From Phyllosticta citribraziliensis (Eukaryota): 64,000 bases of DNA. Within the stretch, counting starts at the first letter, position 1; each line of letters begins with the position of its first letter. Below are positions 1 to 10,760 of this stretch, in pieces. The notes beneath the pieces were generated by a model. The model saw only the letters and a list, made by a program, of their open reading frames with translations. It was not told where the DNA came from and ran no database searches. Location of the stretch: the NCBI RefSeq assembly GCF_038025025.1, contig NW_027117349.1, positions 1,364,001 to 1,428,000 on the forward strand, in the 5' to 3' direction. A program made the position numbers and the translations under genes.

Positions 1-43
1 GGTGGACGACTCAGCTGCAAGGAAGCGGAAGCGAGTGCTCAAG

Positions 44-868
44 ATGGATTCCAACACCTCTTATTCAAAGTCGAACTCGATATCTACATTCTCCTCCGAC
101 CATCCACCTACGGTAAACTGCGAGCAGCCTACACAGCAAACAAACAACGACAACAACACCAAAGCCTCTACCAGCGACACCGAAACAGTCAACATCTCCA
201 CCAGCACAACCGAAAACCCCAGCATCTCCAACATCCCAAACGCCACCACCGAACATACCACCGTCAACAAAACCAAAACCAAACCAACCAACTCTCTAAA
301 CAGCCACTTTACCCTCGCAACCGAATTCCTCGCCGTGCTGTCCGACTACACAGAAATCCTATCCCGCATCGAGCACGAAAACGCCGCCCTGCTCGCCGCT
401 TACCGCCTCATCGCCACCAGCCGCGCCCGCATGACGCGCGCCTTCAACGACGTGGCGAAAGCGCGACAGCGCATGGCGCGCTTGTTTGAGCGCGCGCGGG
501 AGCAGCAGATACAACAGACGCAGGCGAGCGAGGCCTGTGCTGGCTCTGACGACGCGGACACGATGAAAGCGCTGCAGCTGGATGCCAGGCGCTGGGATAT
601 TATGCGGGGCTACGAGCGGCTGTATCGCGAGCGCAAGCGGGTCGAGCGCGAGATGCTGTCGGTGGAGAAGGACAAGGAGAGAAGGGTTGATGCGGAATGG
701 GTGCTGGCTATGTTTTCGAGGGTGGCGGAGAAGGGCCTGTTTGAGGCGCCCGTTGTGGTTGAGAGAAGGGAGGGGCGTGGTGGTGAGGGTGAGGGCGATT
801 TGGACGATGAGGATGGTGGCGAAGAAGAAGAAGAGGAGTCGGCGGATGAGCAGCAGGAGTTGGTTTGA
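44..868 (+). CDS. Hypothetical protein: Ser/Thr/Asn-rich N-terminus, predicted helical/coiled-coil middle, acidic tail
   Basis: The frame is open from the window edge (2..868) and the first ATG is at 44. No family motif recognised; the 5' end may lie outside the window. Confidence 0.45.
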   Translation: MDSNTSYSKSNSISTFSSDHPPTVNCEQPTQQTNNDNNTKASTSDTETVNISTSTTENPSISNIPNATTEHTTVNKTKTKPTNSLNSHFTLATEFLAVLSDYTEILSRIEHENAALLAAYRLIATSRARMTRAFNDVAKARQRMARLFERAREQQIQQTQASEACAGSDDADTMKALQLDARRWDIMRGYERLYRERKRVEREMLSVEKDKERRVDAEWVLAMFSRVAEKGLFEAPVVVERREGRGGEGEGDLDDEDGGEEEEEESADEQQELV

Positions 869-1251
869 GGTCTGCTTTGAGAGAGTCAGTGAAAGTGTGT
901 GTGGGAGGAAGTGAATGGCGGATAAGATTGACAAATGGACGGGCGTGGTGGACTCACGGTGTTCAAAGGCGGACGGGACAGTGTGCATTTTTGGGAGTAT
1001 CCAGCTCAATCGAGTCGGCGGACTGATTTCCATTCCATCTTCCTCTACTTTTCTACATAGGACTGATATTCACGGCGAACAACCCAGGCAAAGAAAACAA
1101 ACAATCACCTCACTACTCGCCCGTCACAACGCCCAACGAGCTCAATCAACAGACCTCCCACACTTCTCCAAACAAGCACCAAACCAAACCCAAACAAAGG
1201 AACTCCTTCACCGCCTTCCACCCAAACAAAACCAAGATCAAGGCCTGCTCA

Positions 1252-1815
1252 ATGGCCCTCCTCGCCCCCATCGAATCCGCAAACTTCATCTCCGCCATCC
1301 CCAACCCGCTCCACCGCATGTCTTTCATGCTGCACCACGGCACCGGCCTCCTGTGCCACCTTATTGCGCGTCTCGATGCGCGTAGCGCTGAACTCAACTT
1401 TGAGCATCTGCTTGAAGACTCGGACGTCATCTTGGTCACCACCGCTGTCGACGCCGACGCGCCCACAACCTCATCCTCTCCCGCCGCCGCTGCTGCTGTT
1501 GACGACAACCAAAACACACACACAGCAAACACCGGCATCGTAAAAGCTGCCCCGTCATTCAACGACACCTGCGCCCGCGATCTGCGCGCCGCGCACGACG
1601 TCATGCGACAGGCGCTGTGGACGCTGGAGGAGCTCGAGACGCCGGACGCCACTACTATTGCTGCTGCTGAATTCGACGTCGCTGCGCTCGATGAGGCTAA
1701 GGCGGGCGTTGAGGAAATGGCGAAGTTGCTGTTTTGGGCTGAGGATATAGTGGGTTTGATTGAGGTCAAGTGTCAGGGATTGCGCGAGCAGGTTTTCAAT
1801 ACTGTTGAGGGATAA
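1252..1815 (+). CDS. Hypothetical helical protein (187 aa)
   Basis: ATG-initiated ORF after a C/A-rich leader. No motif recognised. Confidence 0.45.
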   Translation: MALLAPIESANFISAIPNPLHRMSFMLHHGTGLLCHLIARLDARSAELNFEHLLEDSDVILVTTAVDADAPTTSSSPAAAAAVDDNQNTHTANTGIVKAAPSFNDTCARDLRAAHDVMRQALWTLEELETPDATTIAAAEFDVAALDEAKAGVEEMAKLLFWAEDIVGLIEVKCQGLREQVFNTVEG

Positions 1816-2377
1816 TGGTGGGGTTGGAGGGTGCATAGAAGCTGAAGGGGGGATTCATGGGAGGCAATAGAAGGTGAAAGGTCTGGGGGGTCGTTGGAAT
1901 GCGTGGTGTGGGCGTGTGTTGGAAAGATGGCTGCATGTCGACGTGGAGTACGGAGGTGGTGTTTCGGGCCGGATGTGTCAGGGAAAATGTGTCTGTGGTC
2001 GGAAAGTAGCACGAAGGTGTCTTTTGTGTCAACAGGAAAACTTTGGTGTTGAGAATCTTGATTGTTCGAGTCGTTTGCCGTCTATCATGAGAAGTGAAGA
2101 CACTGCCAACAGACTAGCCCGTACAGAGGCCGGTAGATGGCTTCATGATTCCGCCTTGTCAATAGAAACGTCATTCGTTCCATCAAAGTGATCGCAACAA
2201 ATTTGAATGCTTGTCGAACATTTTTCTCGGGAAAGAAACGCGTCTTTGGCCGTGATGGTTGGTCGGGAGGCAATTCAGGGGTAATCGCTCCGTTCTAGAA
2301 AACTGAAGTCTTGCCGCCACTGAGTGGCCAAGGCTGTCCAACAAGCTTGCAAGGTCACTTTTCGACTGAATTTGTGA

Positions 2378-2470
2378 GTTGTGGTTGTGTTTGGCGAGCG
2401 AGCACAGGTAGACTCAGGCGGCGGAGCGAAGTGAATGCAGGCATCGGCGTATAAATACCGCCCGCAGGCC
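2378..2470 (+). promoter_or_regulatory. Conserved promoter of the coiled-coil family (GTTGTGGTTGTG...GAAGTGAAT...GTATAAAT..CGCCCGC)
   Basis: The same ordered motifs recur at about 3573-3643. GTATAAAT occurs at 2449, 3629 and 5022, each upstream of a family ORF. Confidence 0.6.
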
Positions 2471-2649
2471 GCGACTCCAGAATTTCGCACCACCCAACAC
2501 CTCCCACGACTAAAAGTCCTCGAAACCTTTCGAAAACCTTTATCCAAGAAAGCCTACCCCAAAGGTATATCTACCTGTCCCCTCTATCGCTGCACTTGTA
2601 CAGCACAGCTTCTGACGCCGCTGGAACTTAGAAACACATCTCCATCACC

Positions 2650-2994
2650 ATGAACTCCAACAACGACGAGGTCGCAGAATCGTACGCTAAGATCGAGGCG
2701 CTTGAAGAAAAGATCACCAAGCTCCAGCGCGCCGTCTGCGCCGAGATTGCCATGTTGAGCGCCAAGCGCGCCCACTTTCAGCGTCTCAACCAAGACCTCG
2801 ACGAGCTTGCGGAGCAGTCGCTCGGCATGCTACAAGACGAAGCTCTCTTGGTCAGCATGATGAAGGAGAAGGAGGATGGCCAGTCGAACCGCTCCAAGCT
2901 CGACGGGTTCACCGAGAAGGCGGAAGACATGGTCGTCGACGTCTCGGAGGAGATGGAAACGGCCTCTTACAACAATCACGGAGAGGAGCAGTGA
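2650..2994 (+). CDS. Small coiled-coil family protein, copy 1 (114 aa)
   Basis: Ungapped 66-aa alignment to the ORFs at 3186, 5375 and 48906(-). TATA at 2449; putative 5'UTR intron 2565-2631 (GT...CTGAC...TAG). Confidence 0.75.
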   Translation: MNSNNDEVAESYAKIEALEEKITKLQRAVCAEIAMLSAKRAHFQRLNQDLDELAEQSLGMLQDEALLVSMMKEKEDGQSNRSKLDGFTEKAEDMVVDVSEEMETASYNNHGEEQ

Positions 2995-3185
2995 GAAGAC
3001 ATGGGCACGGGGTGGAGCATCTGGAGGGCTGTGGGATAGGCTGCTTCGAGCTGCGATGGAAGCCTGGTGGAACAACGGCAGAAGGCTCCTTCAGTTCCAA
3101 CACTTTCGAGACACATTCTTCACTGACCCCCATTGCTTTGTAAATTGTTCTCTCTTCTAGTACTGCATGGTAGGACATATCAACA

Positions 3186-3473
3186 ATGATGCAAAGCCAG
3201 CCCAACAAAATTTCGGTCGAAGAGCTGTCGGCGTCCTGTACGAAAGTCGCATCACCCGAAGAGAAGCTGTCGGAGACTCGGGAGAGCATCAAGGTCAAGC
3301 TCAATGAGCTCGAAGCTCTCCGCGCTTACTACCTGCGCCGCTCCAAGGACATTGAGCATTCCGCTCAGCAGTCCATCGAGCCTCTGCGTGACGAGTCGAA
3401 TATTGCGGACATGATCAAGTATTTTGGCAGTTCTGGAGCGTAGTCGGAGTTCGAGGCATTCGCCGAGCGCACT
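3186..3473 (+). pseudogene. Coiled-coil family copy 2, truncated by an in-frame TAG at 3441-3443
   Basis: After the TAG the frame reads SEFEAFAERT, matching SKLDGFTEKA and TRLEAFTKEA in the intact copies. Confidence 0.6.
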
Positions 3474-3838
3474 GCTGGTGCCCCATTCAAGATTCTTTGC
3501 GCTCCGTTCGCGTTGTTTTTTAACACTTCCCATTTTCGGCTTTTTTCACAACGAGTTCACAAAGTTGCAATTGTTGTGGTTGTGAATGGGAAAGCGGCGC
3601 GACGCCAGACTGAAGTGAATCTGGTTGTGTATAAATCGCCCGCCACGCTGCAACTTGAACTTTTCATCCACAACCCACCCACGATCTAACATCACGACCG
3701 TCCTCCAATCTGCTGCCGCACCGCCTTCTATCACTCTCTTAACCTTCCCTCAATATACATACCAGCAAGTCTGCATCTTGATTCATGATCCTGCCAAATT
3801 CTGACAAAAGAAAACTCCAGAACATCTCCGCATCCACA

Positions 3839-4180
3839 ATGGCCGTTTTCAAGAACGTTCTCGACGCCCAGGACAGACTCGCCAGCATAAAAGAGAGCGC
3901 ATCTAAGCTGCTTCAGTTTTTCGATGCCAGGATGCTCGAGGTTGTCACCGTCAGGACTCCCGATCTTCGGGCTGAGGAGTGGCGCCTTCGCGCTCATGAG
4001 CGCGGACTGAAGGATGTCATCAACGAGACCACTACTTTGCTCCACGACGAGGCTCAAGTTTCGCGCATGTTGGTCGAGTCTCACGAGGGTGACCTGGTCT
4101 GCAAGCTCCTGGCCTTCGAGGATTATGCCGAGAACGAAATCGAGGCTGCCACCAACGAGATTTGCAACGGTGCCAACTGA
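3839..4180 (+). CDS. Small coiled-coil family protein, copy 3
   Basis: RLRAHERGLKDVINETTTLLHDEAQVSRML...KLLAFEDYAE aligns with copy 4 RLRLLDAGLEKLGSQADAMLCNEALVADMM...RLEAFTKEAE. TATA at 3629. A putative 5'UTR intron ending at 3820 makes ATG 3839 the likely start. Confidence 0.7.
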   Translation: MAVFKNVLDAQDRLASIKESASKLLQFFDARMLEVVTVRTPDLRAEEWRLRAHERGLKDVINETTTLLHDEAQVSRMLVESHEGDLVCKLLAFEDYAENEIEAATNEICNGAN

Positions 4181-5374
4181 AAAGGTACGTGGTCTGGAAA
4201 GCCAAATCTTGACCCAAAACTGATAAAAAAGGCCTTCTACTGAAATACAATCTCGAACCACTGGCAGAGAATACGTTTTGGTGGATCACTGATGGAAATG
4301 GCTACAAGGTCTGGGTCAGGGTAGACACGGCGGTTATGCCTCAAATTCATTGCCTTCAATTTTGTATGATAATTCAAATGTGATCCAATGTCATGTGGAC
4401 AACGAAAATACTGCCTCTGGGCGCCTCTTTGATTGTCAATATCTTGCATTACATCTGAAGCGTGATTTCCTCTTGACATTTTCTCTGTCCAAAAATATTG
4501 ACCTCAGGATCAACCGATGCTTTGCGATGGGCTTGCATTAGAACATTAAAGTACGGCAAGGGGTCGGAAGCATCTTCAAAGGGGGAGACACAAAAAATGG
4601 GCATTGGGGACTTTCAAGAGAATTCAGTATCAGCAACCAGGTTGAGTGTCAAAATTTGAGCTCTGAAGATACCAATTTAACACATTTCCGTGTTAATGCG
4701 CCGACAAAACCGAGACACCATCGCCGTATCCACTCGGGGCCGCGATCTTGAATGCTTCTCGCTCTTCGAGCTCGAAATGAGTGCCGCAAAGCCATCCGGA
4801 TGAGACGAATCTCTTTCTTCTTTTGAGGACGTGTGAGAGACGGCGAAGCACAACCACGCCCTTTGGGCTTGGAGCCGCCGCGAATATTTGACTCGCAGCT
4901 TTTTAACACTTTGGGGTTTCCGCTGGTTTACCGGACCGGTTCATGCCATCGCCATCGCTTACGGTGCAAACCACAGGAGCAGGCGCAGGCGCAAACGGAC
5001 TGTCACGAATCGAGCGTGGGTGTATAAATATTGGCGGCCCCTTCCCAACGTCAACTTTTCAACCACCACCTCCACTCACTCACCCTCTATCTTCGACTCT
5101 GAGACAACGAACATCGAGGTAAGCTTACAAGATACCCATCTTCTTTGAATTCATTTCTTTGGTGCCTAACACATCGTTGGCCAGATTCTTGACAGACTCC
5201 CACGCGCTCAAACTTCAAACGCACCTCCGCACAATCGCCGTCCGACATATCTCGGGCCATTCCCAGTCAACCAAACACTTCAAGCACAATACATAAGGTA
5301 CTCCTTCATTGACATGGGAATGTGTGTCTTGTGCTTTGAAAGCTCCAGTACTGACTTCAAAATCTCTCCAGACA

Positions 5375-5710
5375 ATGTCCGCAAACGCTTCCGCCAACCC
5401 GAACCCCAGCATGGACTCCGCCTTGGCCAAGATCGCCAAGCTGGAGCTGCAGATCTCGGAGTTGCAGTCGTCTCTCAACTCGCGTATCAATACTCTGGAT
5501 GCGGAGCTCAAGCGTCTTCGTCTTCTTGATGCAGGCCTGGAGAAGCTGGGCAGCCAGGCTGACGCCATGCTCTGCAACGAAGCTTTGGTGGCCGATATGA
5601 TGGCCAGCATCACCGGCGGAGGTACCAGGCTTGAAGCCTTCACCAAAGAGGCTGAGGAGATGGTGGAGGACCTCACGAAGAAGCTTGGGGACAGCAGAGG
5701 CTCTGAGTAG
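5375..5710 (+). CDS. Small coiled-coil family protein, copy 4 (111 aa)
   Basis: Aligns to copy 1. TATA at 5022; two putative 5'UTR introns (5119-5184 and 5298-5371). Confidence 0.75.
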   Translation: MSANASANPNPSMDSALAKIAKLELQISELQSSLNSRINTLDAELKRLRLLDAGLEKLGSQADAMLCNEALVADMMASITGGGTRLEAFTKEAEEMVEDLTKKLGDSRGSE

Positions 5711-5987
5711 CCTGTCTGCGGGGCTCAGGATGCGGGGGAGTATGGAGCTTCGTGGGAAATACGGCTTGATGATTCCACTGCAATGGAATAGCTTTTACTA
5801 GTTCATGATCAAGAAGATACTTGCAATTTCCTTCAACAACAACGGACCCGTGTGACTCTACCATTTTCAAGCCCGTTCGATTGAATTGAGCCTCATACTT
5901 CAAAAGTCTGCCGTCTCCTTGCAATATTCTGCGCCTCGGTCATGCATTGTGCTGACACTGCATTCACAGACAAAATCCACAACCATA

Positions 5988-6310
5988 ATGGCCAATCAGT
6001 CTACCTCCAAGCCAAGTAAGGCGGTAGCCGTCCTGGCCAAAACCGCCGACATGGAAGTCAAGACCGAGGAGGTCCAGAGATTCGTTGAGTGGGAAACTAT
6101 CAGGCTTCCGTCCAACATCAAACACCTTCAGACCCGTGCAGAGGACTTTCAAAATCTCAGAAGCAGTTACTTCGGGGTGAGGAACTTGTTCAGAGTCTGA
6201 TGAGGGAAATAGGGGCATTACGTAGCTTGACCAGATCATAAAAGGCGACGATGAATTGATCAGCATTGTCTCGCTCGAGCTGGACAACGAGCTCTACAAT
6301 GGCTTCTTTG
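5988..6310 (+). pseudogene. Coiled-coil family copy 5, frameshifted
   Basis: The N-terminus (VLAKTADMEVKTEEVQR...IKHLQ) aligns with the family. Similarity continues in other frames (LRGEELVQSLMRE; IT*LDQIIKGDDELISIVSLELDNELYN vs SKLDGFTEKAEDMVVDVSEEMETASYN). Confidence 0.6.
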
Positions 6311-6635
6311 CGTAGAATAACCTTCCGGAAATATAAAAACGGGGATAGCAGTGAATGCGGGATTGGTCCTGGAAGGAGTTGACGCAGTGGAACAGAATAG
6401 TTCAGAATACGAGACCGCTTCCACCAGAAAGTAATGGCGGGGCAATTTTTCGTGCTTCAAGGCCGTAAGCCAGATATTAACACCACGGTGGTATTAACAC
6501 CGCGGCAACGCACTGAAGAGCGGGCGGGCTGTGAGAAACCGCCGGCTCTCCCCTCTGACCTTGACTCTTCAACCTCCAACCCTCCGACCTACAACCGCCA
6601 ACCTCCGCCCAAAAATCTTGAATTTTCTCAGAACA

Positions 6636-6943
6636 ATGCCCTCTTATTCCAAGGTCTGATACCAGTTTCGCGTGATCTGAATGGATGCTGATAATGCTCT
6701 CAGAAAACCTGCATTGCCACGCCTTCTCAGAGCGACATGTTCATCATGGTCGACCAACTGAAGAGCGTAGACAAGCTCGCCTCTGAGCTGAAGCTGTTCA
6801 ACCCCATGAAGGCGAGCGTTTCTGAGCTGCGTCGTCGCATCAAACACCTTCGGTTCATGACCGCGAAGATGAACGCCGTGAACGACGACTTCATGAGAAA
6901 AATGGACTATCGCGGCCCCTTGCGCATCAAGCCCAAGCTGTGA
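6636..6943 (+). CDS. Short basic protein, subfamily B (spliced: 6636-6653 + 6704-6943)
   Basis: MPSYSK^KTCIATPSQSDMFIM... stays in frame across a GT..GCTGAT..CAG intron. Paralog at 49631-49846(-): KLASELKL/KLVSELKL and IKPKL*/IKAKL*. Confidence 0.6.
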
Positions 6944-7499
6944 AGCTGGAATCTTGATCTACCAAGACGGCCTCTTCTTTGTAAGTATCCAGATCAATCT
7001 CGACAACGGCAGATACTGACCATAGAGATAGAAGTCAAGACAGCCACTGGCACCGTTGGAAAATCATGGGGGAGGATATATACGGCGTCACAATGGAATC
7101 AATTGGCAGAAGACATTGGCAGTGGGAATAGCAAACAAGGAATGAATCTAATTTGCCCCCAACACCGGACGCGTCGTGTCGAAGGCCCTTTTCATACCCA
7201 TCTTGAAAATTCGATGCCCCGGGATATTGACGACGGGGGACAGCAGTACAGGCTGGATTGGTGGTGGATCGTGCCTTGGCTTGTTGAAAACGCCGCGAAT
7301 CATCATCATCGTCTCCTGTTTGGGCGTGAGAAACTGAGTCGGGCGCAATTTTGAGTTTGACGGAACGCAGGCGGAACAAAGAAGTGGACTTCGGCAACCT
7401 GGTTGAAAGCAGGTGTGACGTTTTTCTGGCATGCTGCAGACATGTTGTCCGCGGCGCTTGCCATGGAAAGAAAAGTATGACCAGCGCTGGACAGAGAGG

Positions 7500-10400
7500 G
7501 AGATTGTATGCCCGTCTTTCAGCGTCGAATGAATCCGATCACATGTCGGCGGACTCACAAGCGTCATTTGGCATCTGCCAGTTCTAAATCACAAGATGTC
7601 CGTGCCTGGGTGATGAGTATAAAACCTCGTGTATCTGCGGAAGTCTGCAAGCTGTCCCGCAAGACTCCCAAGATGCTTCCGTACAAGACCCAAAACAAAA
7701 AGAATCTGACTTGGCTTCGGCTTCTGCTTTGCTTGATTTTCTCGCCTCCTTCCAATTTTCTGGTGCATCCTTCGGGTACGAGGCGCTGTTGAGCATTGTC
7801 ATCCAGTGATGGAGCGCGTCTTGACGAGTTCATAGCGCTGCGATGAATCGCCATCGTGTGTCATTTTACGGCAAATAGAGAGAGATTGCCGCAAAGACTT
7901 GATTCGAGCGCAAAAGGCCGGGGCAAAGAAGATAGCTGTGTTTATGAGTATTTCCTCGACAAGAGGGAGTCGCTTGATGACTTTGTCTGTGCCTCTGTCA
8001 GTGCCTGACGCGGGATGTCTGTCATGGAATAGGGATGAGGAACTGGGCAGTAGATGAGGGTTTTTATACCTGTCTTTCAGCTGCCAGATTCGCAACGAGC
8101 TCGCAGGGCTCTGTCACGCGCGCCGATGATTGCGGCACCGCGCGGGTTTTCTCTTGAGGTATTAAAGCGAGCACCTGTCTGCGATTACAGCCAACCTTCA
8201 AGACTGTGAGGGGCGATGAGGAGGATTGGGGATCCATATCAAGGTTTCGCACTGGGGGCCGCAACTTCGAATTTCTGGATTCCTACTTGGAGTTGGTTCG
8301 AAAGGTCCTTTCGTAGTGGCTTTTTTTAAGTACTGGAGCCCTCGTGTCCATTGTAGCATGATGAAGCGCAACACCACCACCACTCTTCTCGTTTAACCTC
8401 GCAAAGACGAGGGCAAGACACACAAGATGAAGTAAAGAGCCTGCGAGAGAAACAAACAGAATAAAGTGGGTGCTTGACGCTGTTGGCGAATGCCACGAAG
8501 TGGATTTCGCACACCCCTTCTGTGACTTTTCTAAACAGAGGAGTCGCTGCGGAGGCAAAGATTTTGGAGCGGAAGTGGCGATGGTTTTATACGATGGCTC
8601 GAGGCATCTATTAGCCGACCAGTCACAATCGAAGTCACGAGAGCCGCGTAGGGTGTTCCATGTGTCTGCGTCGAAGACTCTGGGAACAACAAGTGTTGCG
8701 AGAAAGTGACGGATATCAACGCCACCGCTTGATGCTGTCACTCGATGATTTCAGCGTTGCTTGAGGCTTTGTTGCTGGGTCCGGCCGCAAGACGAAAGAG
8801 ACAAAGCAAACTTGGCATAGCTTGGTCGACGAGTGACGCCAAAAAGTAAGAAACGAAAGGATGCTGCGACGATTTGTCTGTGATCAATGCTTGCTCTGTT
8901 GCAGGAACTGCGGACAGTAAAGAGTTGGGCTTTTATACCTGTCTCTCAGCTGCCTGCAAAACTGGCGGATCACGAGACGCGCTCCAGTAGTCTGCAGCTC
9001 GGAATTCCAAAATGATCACCGGTCCTCCGGTCGCAGGTATAAAAGGAGCGCAACTCCTGTCGCCAACTGCTCACTGCGCGCAAAATCCGTGAACACAAGG
9101 GAAGTAAACCATGATTGACGCGCTGCTCCTTGTTTGTTCTTTTCTTTTGAGAGCTTGTCGATTGAGAAACGCTTAGGATGTGACTTGAATCGGCGCAAAA
9201 TCATTGCTTGGTGATGATGAAGAGGATTGTGATGGTGTAGTGGTGCTGCTCCATCATCATTGACAGCTTTTGTTCAGCTGGTAATCCGCGTGGAAAGATT
9301 AGCGACAGAACCCGCGACAAGCGGAACAAATAGTGCTTTAAGTCACTTACGTTGGCACGAAGCAGTGACAAATCTTCGGAGGTGTTGCTCATGGCCAGTG
9401 ACTTCGCTGGAGCAGGAACCGCAGGCGAAGAAGAACTGGGCTTTATATCTCTTGCCTGTCAGCTGTCAGCCAGCTCGCCAAAAGTTACAAGCGAGCTCCG
9501 GATCTCGCGCGACTCGATGGCAGCGCTGCTGCTTCTCTCGCAGGTATAAAAGAAGCTCTTCCGCTTGTCCGCACCAGCTCGCTGTGGGCGATTCTCCCTG
9601 GAAACCACCAAACCAGCGCAAGTTTGTAAAGCCCACTGTCGTGAGGGACATGAAGACCACAATCATCCTGCACTTTCCGTTCTTTCTTTCTTCCGCGAGA
9701 CTGGAGACGGAGCAATTCTCGAGACGCCGAAGCCGACAGTGACGCTGTTGCTGGATGACAGCCATGTTTCTTCTCGCTGCGCAATATCATGCCATTAAGC
9801 TGCGCGCCGTCATGGCGCATCTTGCTTCCCCTTGCAATGAAGGACGCAAAGGAGCCGAGAAGGCAGAAGCCGCAAGAAAAGCAGGCCCAGTCCACTTCTT
9901 CGTCAACTCCATGCGCAAGCCAGTTCGTTTGTCGTAATCAACGTCTTTTAAGGCTTCTGCGGCGATACCTGCGTTGAAGATAAAGATCAGTGAGACGCTC
10001 GAAGCAGGAGAGGTTTTATACTCACCTTTCAGCTGCCAGGCAGCCGGCAATCACAAGCCGTGCTCCGATCGCGGACTCCTAAACTGTGTTGCTTGTGCCT
10101 CAGCCGTGGCTATAAAAGGAACTCATCTGGGGCGGCTCTCTTGAAAGTGTGAGCGGGTCTTCCAGCTACTTTGCTGGAGTTGAACAAACCAAAAGAACTC
10201 AAACTGCTTCCTGTGGTTTCGCTGCATTTTACTGTTCGTTATTTGTTCTCCTCGGCGACAGCGACGTTGTCGATGGGGTAAGGGGCTGGGGAATCGGGAG
10301 GCGAGTCGGGCGCCGGTGGTGTCATTGAGTGTCGATGATGTCGCCGCTGTTGTAAAGCATCAAGGTGCGTTCCCGCTGTGCGGCATAATCGTCAGTCGCC

Positions 10401-10760
10401 GACGTTTGGTCTTCTCACCACTCGCCCTCAGGGGTGGCGAAGAGACGGCGGCAAATCTGCCGCAGGACGGGCAGACAAAAGTAACTGAAGAGGCATCATA
10501 CATGTCCCAGGGGGCGAGTGATAGAATGGAAGACTGGTCTCCATGTGAACATCGTCGACGAGTGCTGCGCTGAAGGAAAAGCACCCCAGAGACAGAAGAG
10601 AGGGAGGAGTTTTATACCTTTCTTTCAGCTGCCAAACCACCGCAGAATCACGAGCCAAGCTCCAATCGCGCATTGGCGCATCGGTCAAGCGCGGCTTTCC
10701 TCTGCTGCTGATTCTTTCTCGGCGTGTATAAAAGCACGCCTTCTTGTCGCTCTTCCAGGC
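7500..10760. repeat. Diverged tandem array of back-to-back TATA cassettes (island A, 6 full units plus 1 half unit)
   Basis: Consensus TTTTATAC-N-YTTTCAGCTGCC-N-TCACRAG-N-GTATAAAA. Left/right TATA positions: 7504/7617, 8062/8159, 8585/none, 8931/9037, 9441/9544, 10014/10110, 10610/10726. Confidence 0.8.

Noticed and set aside
2..1815. First two ORFs as members of the coiled-coil family
   Set aside because: Only vague helical similarity; no ungapped alignment or shared promoter found.
7500..10760. Array read as CRISPR-like or as a transposon
   Set aside because: Repeats are degenerate, spacers are about 450 bp and weakly related to each other, and there is no cas, transposase or RT gene. I saw no TSDs.
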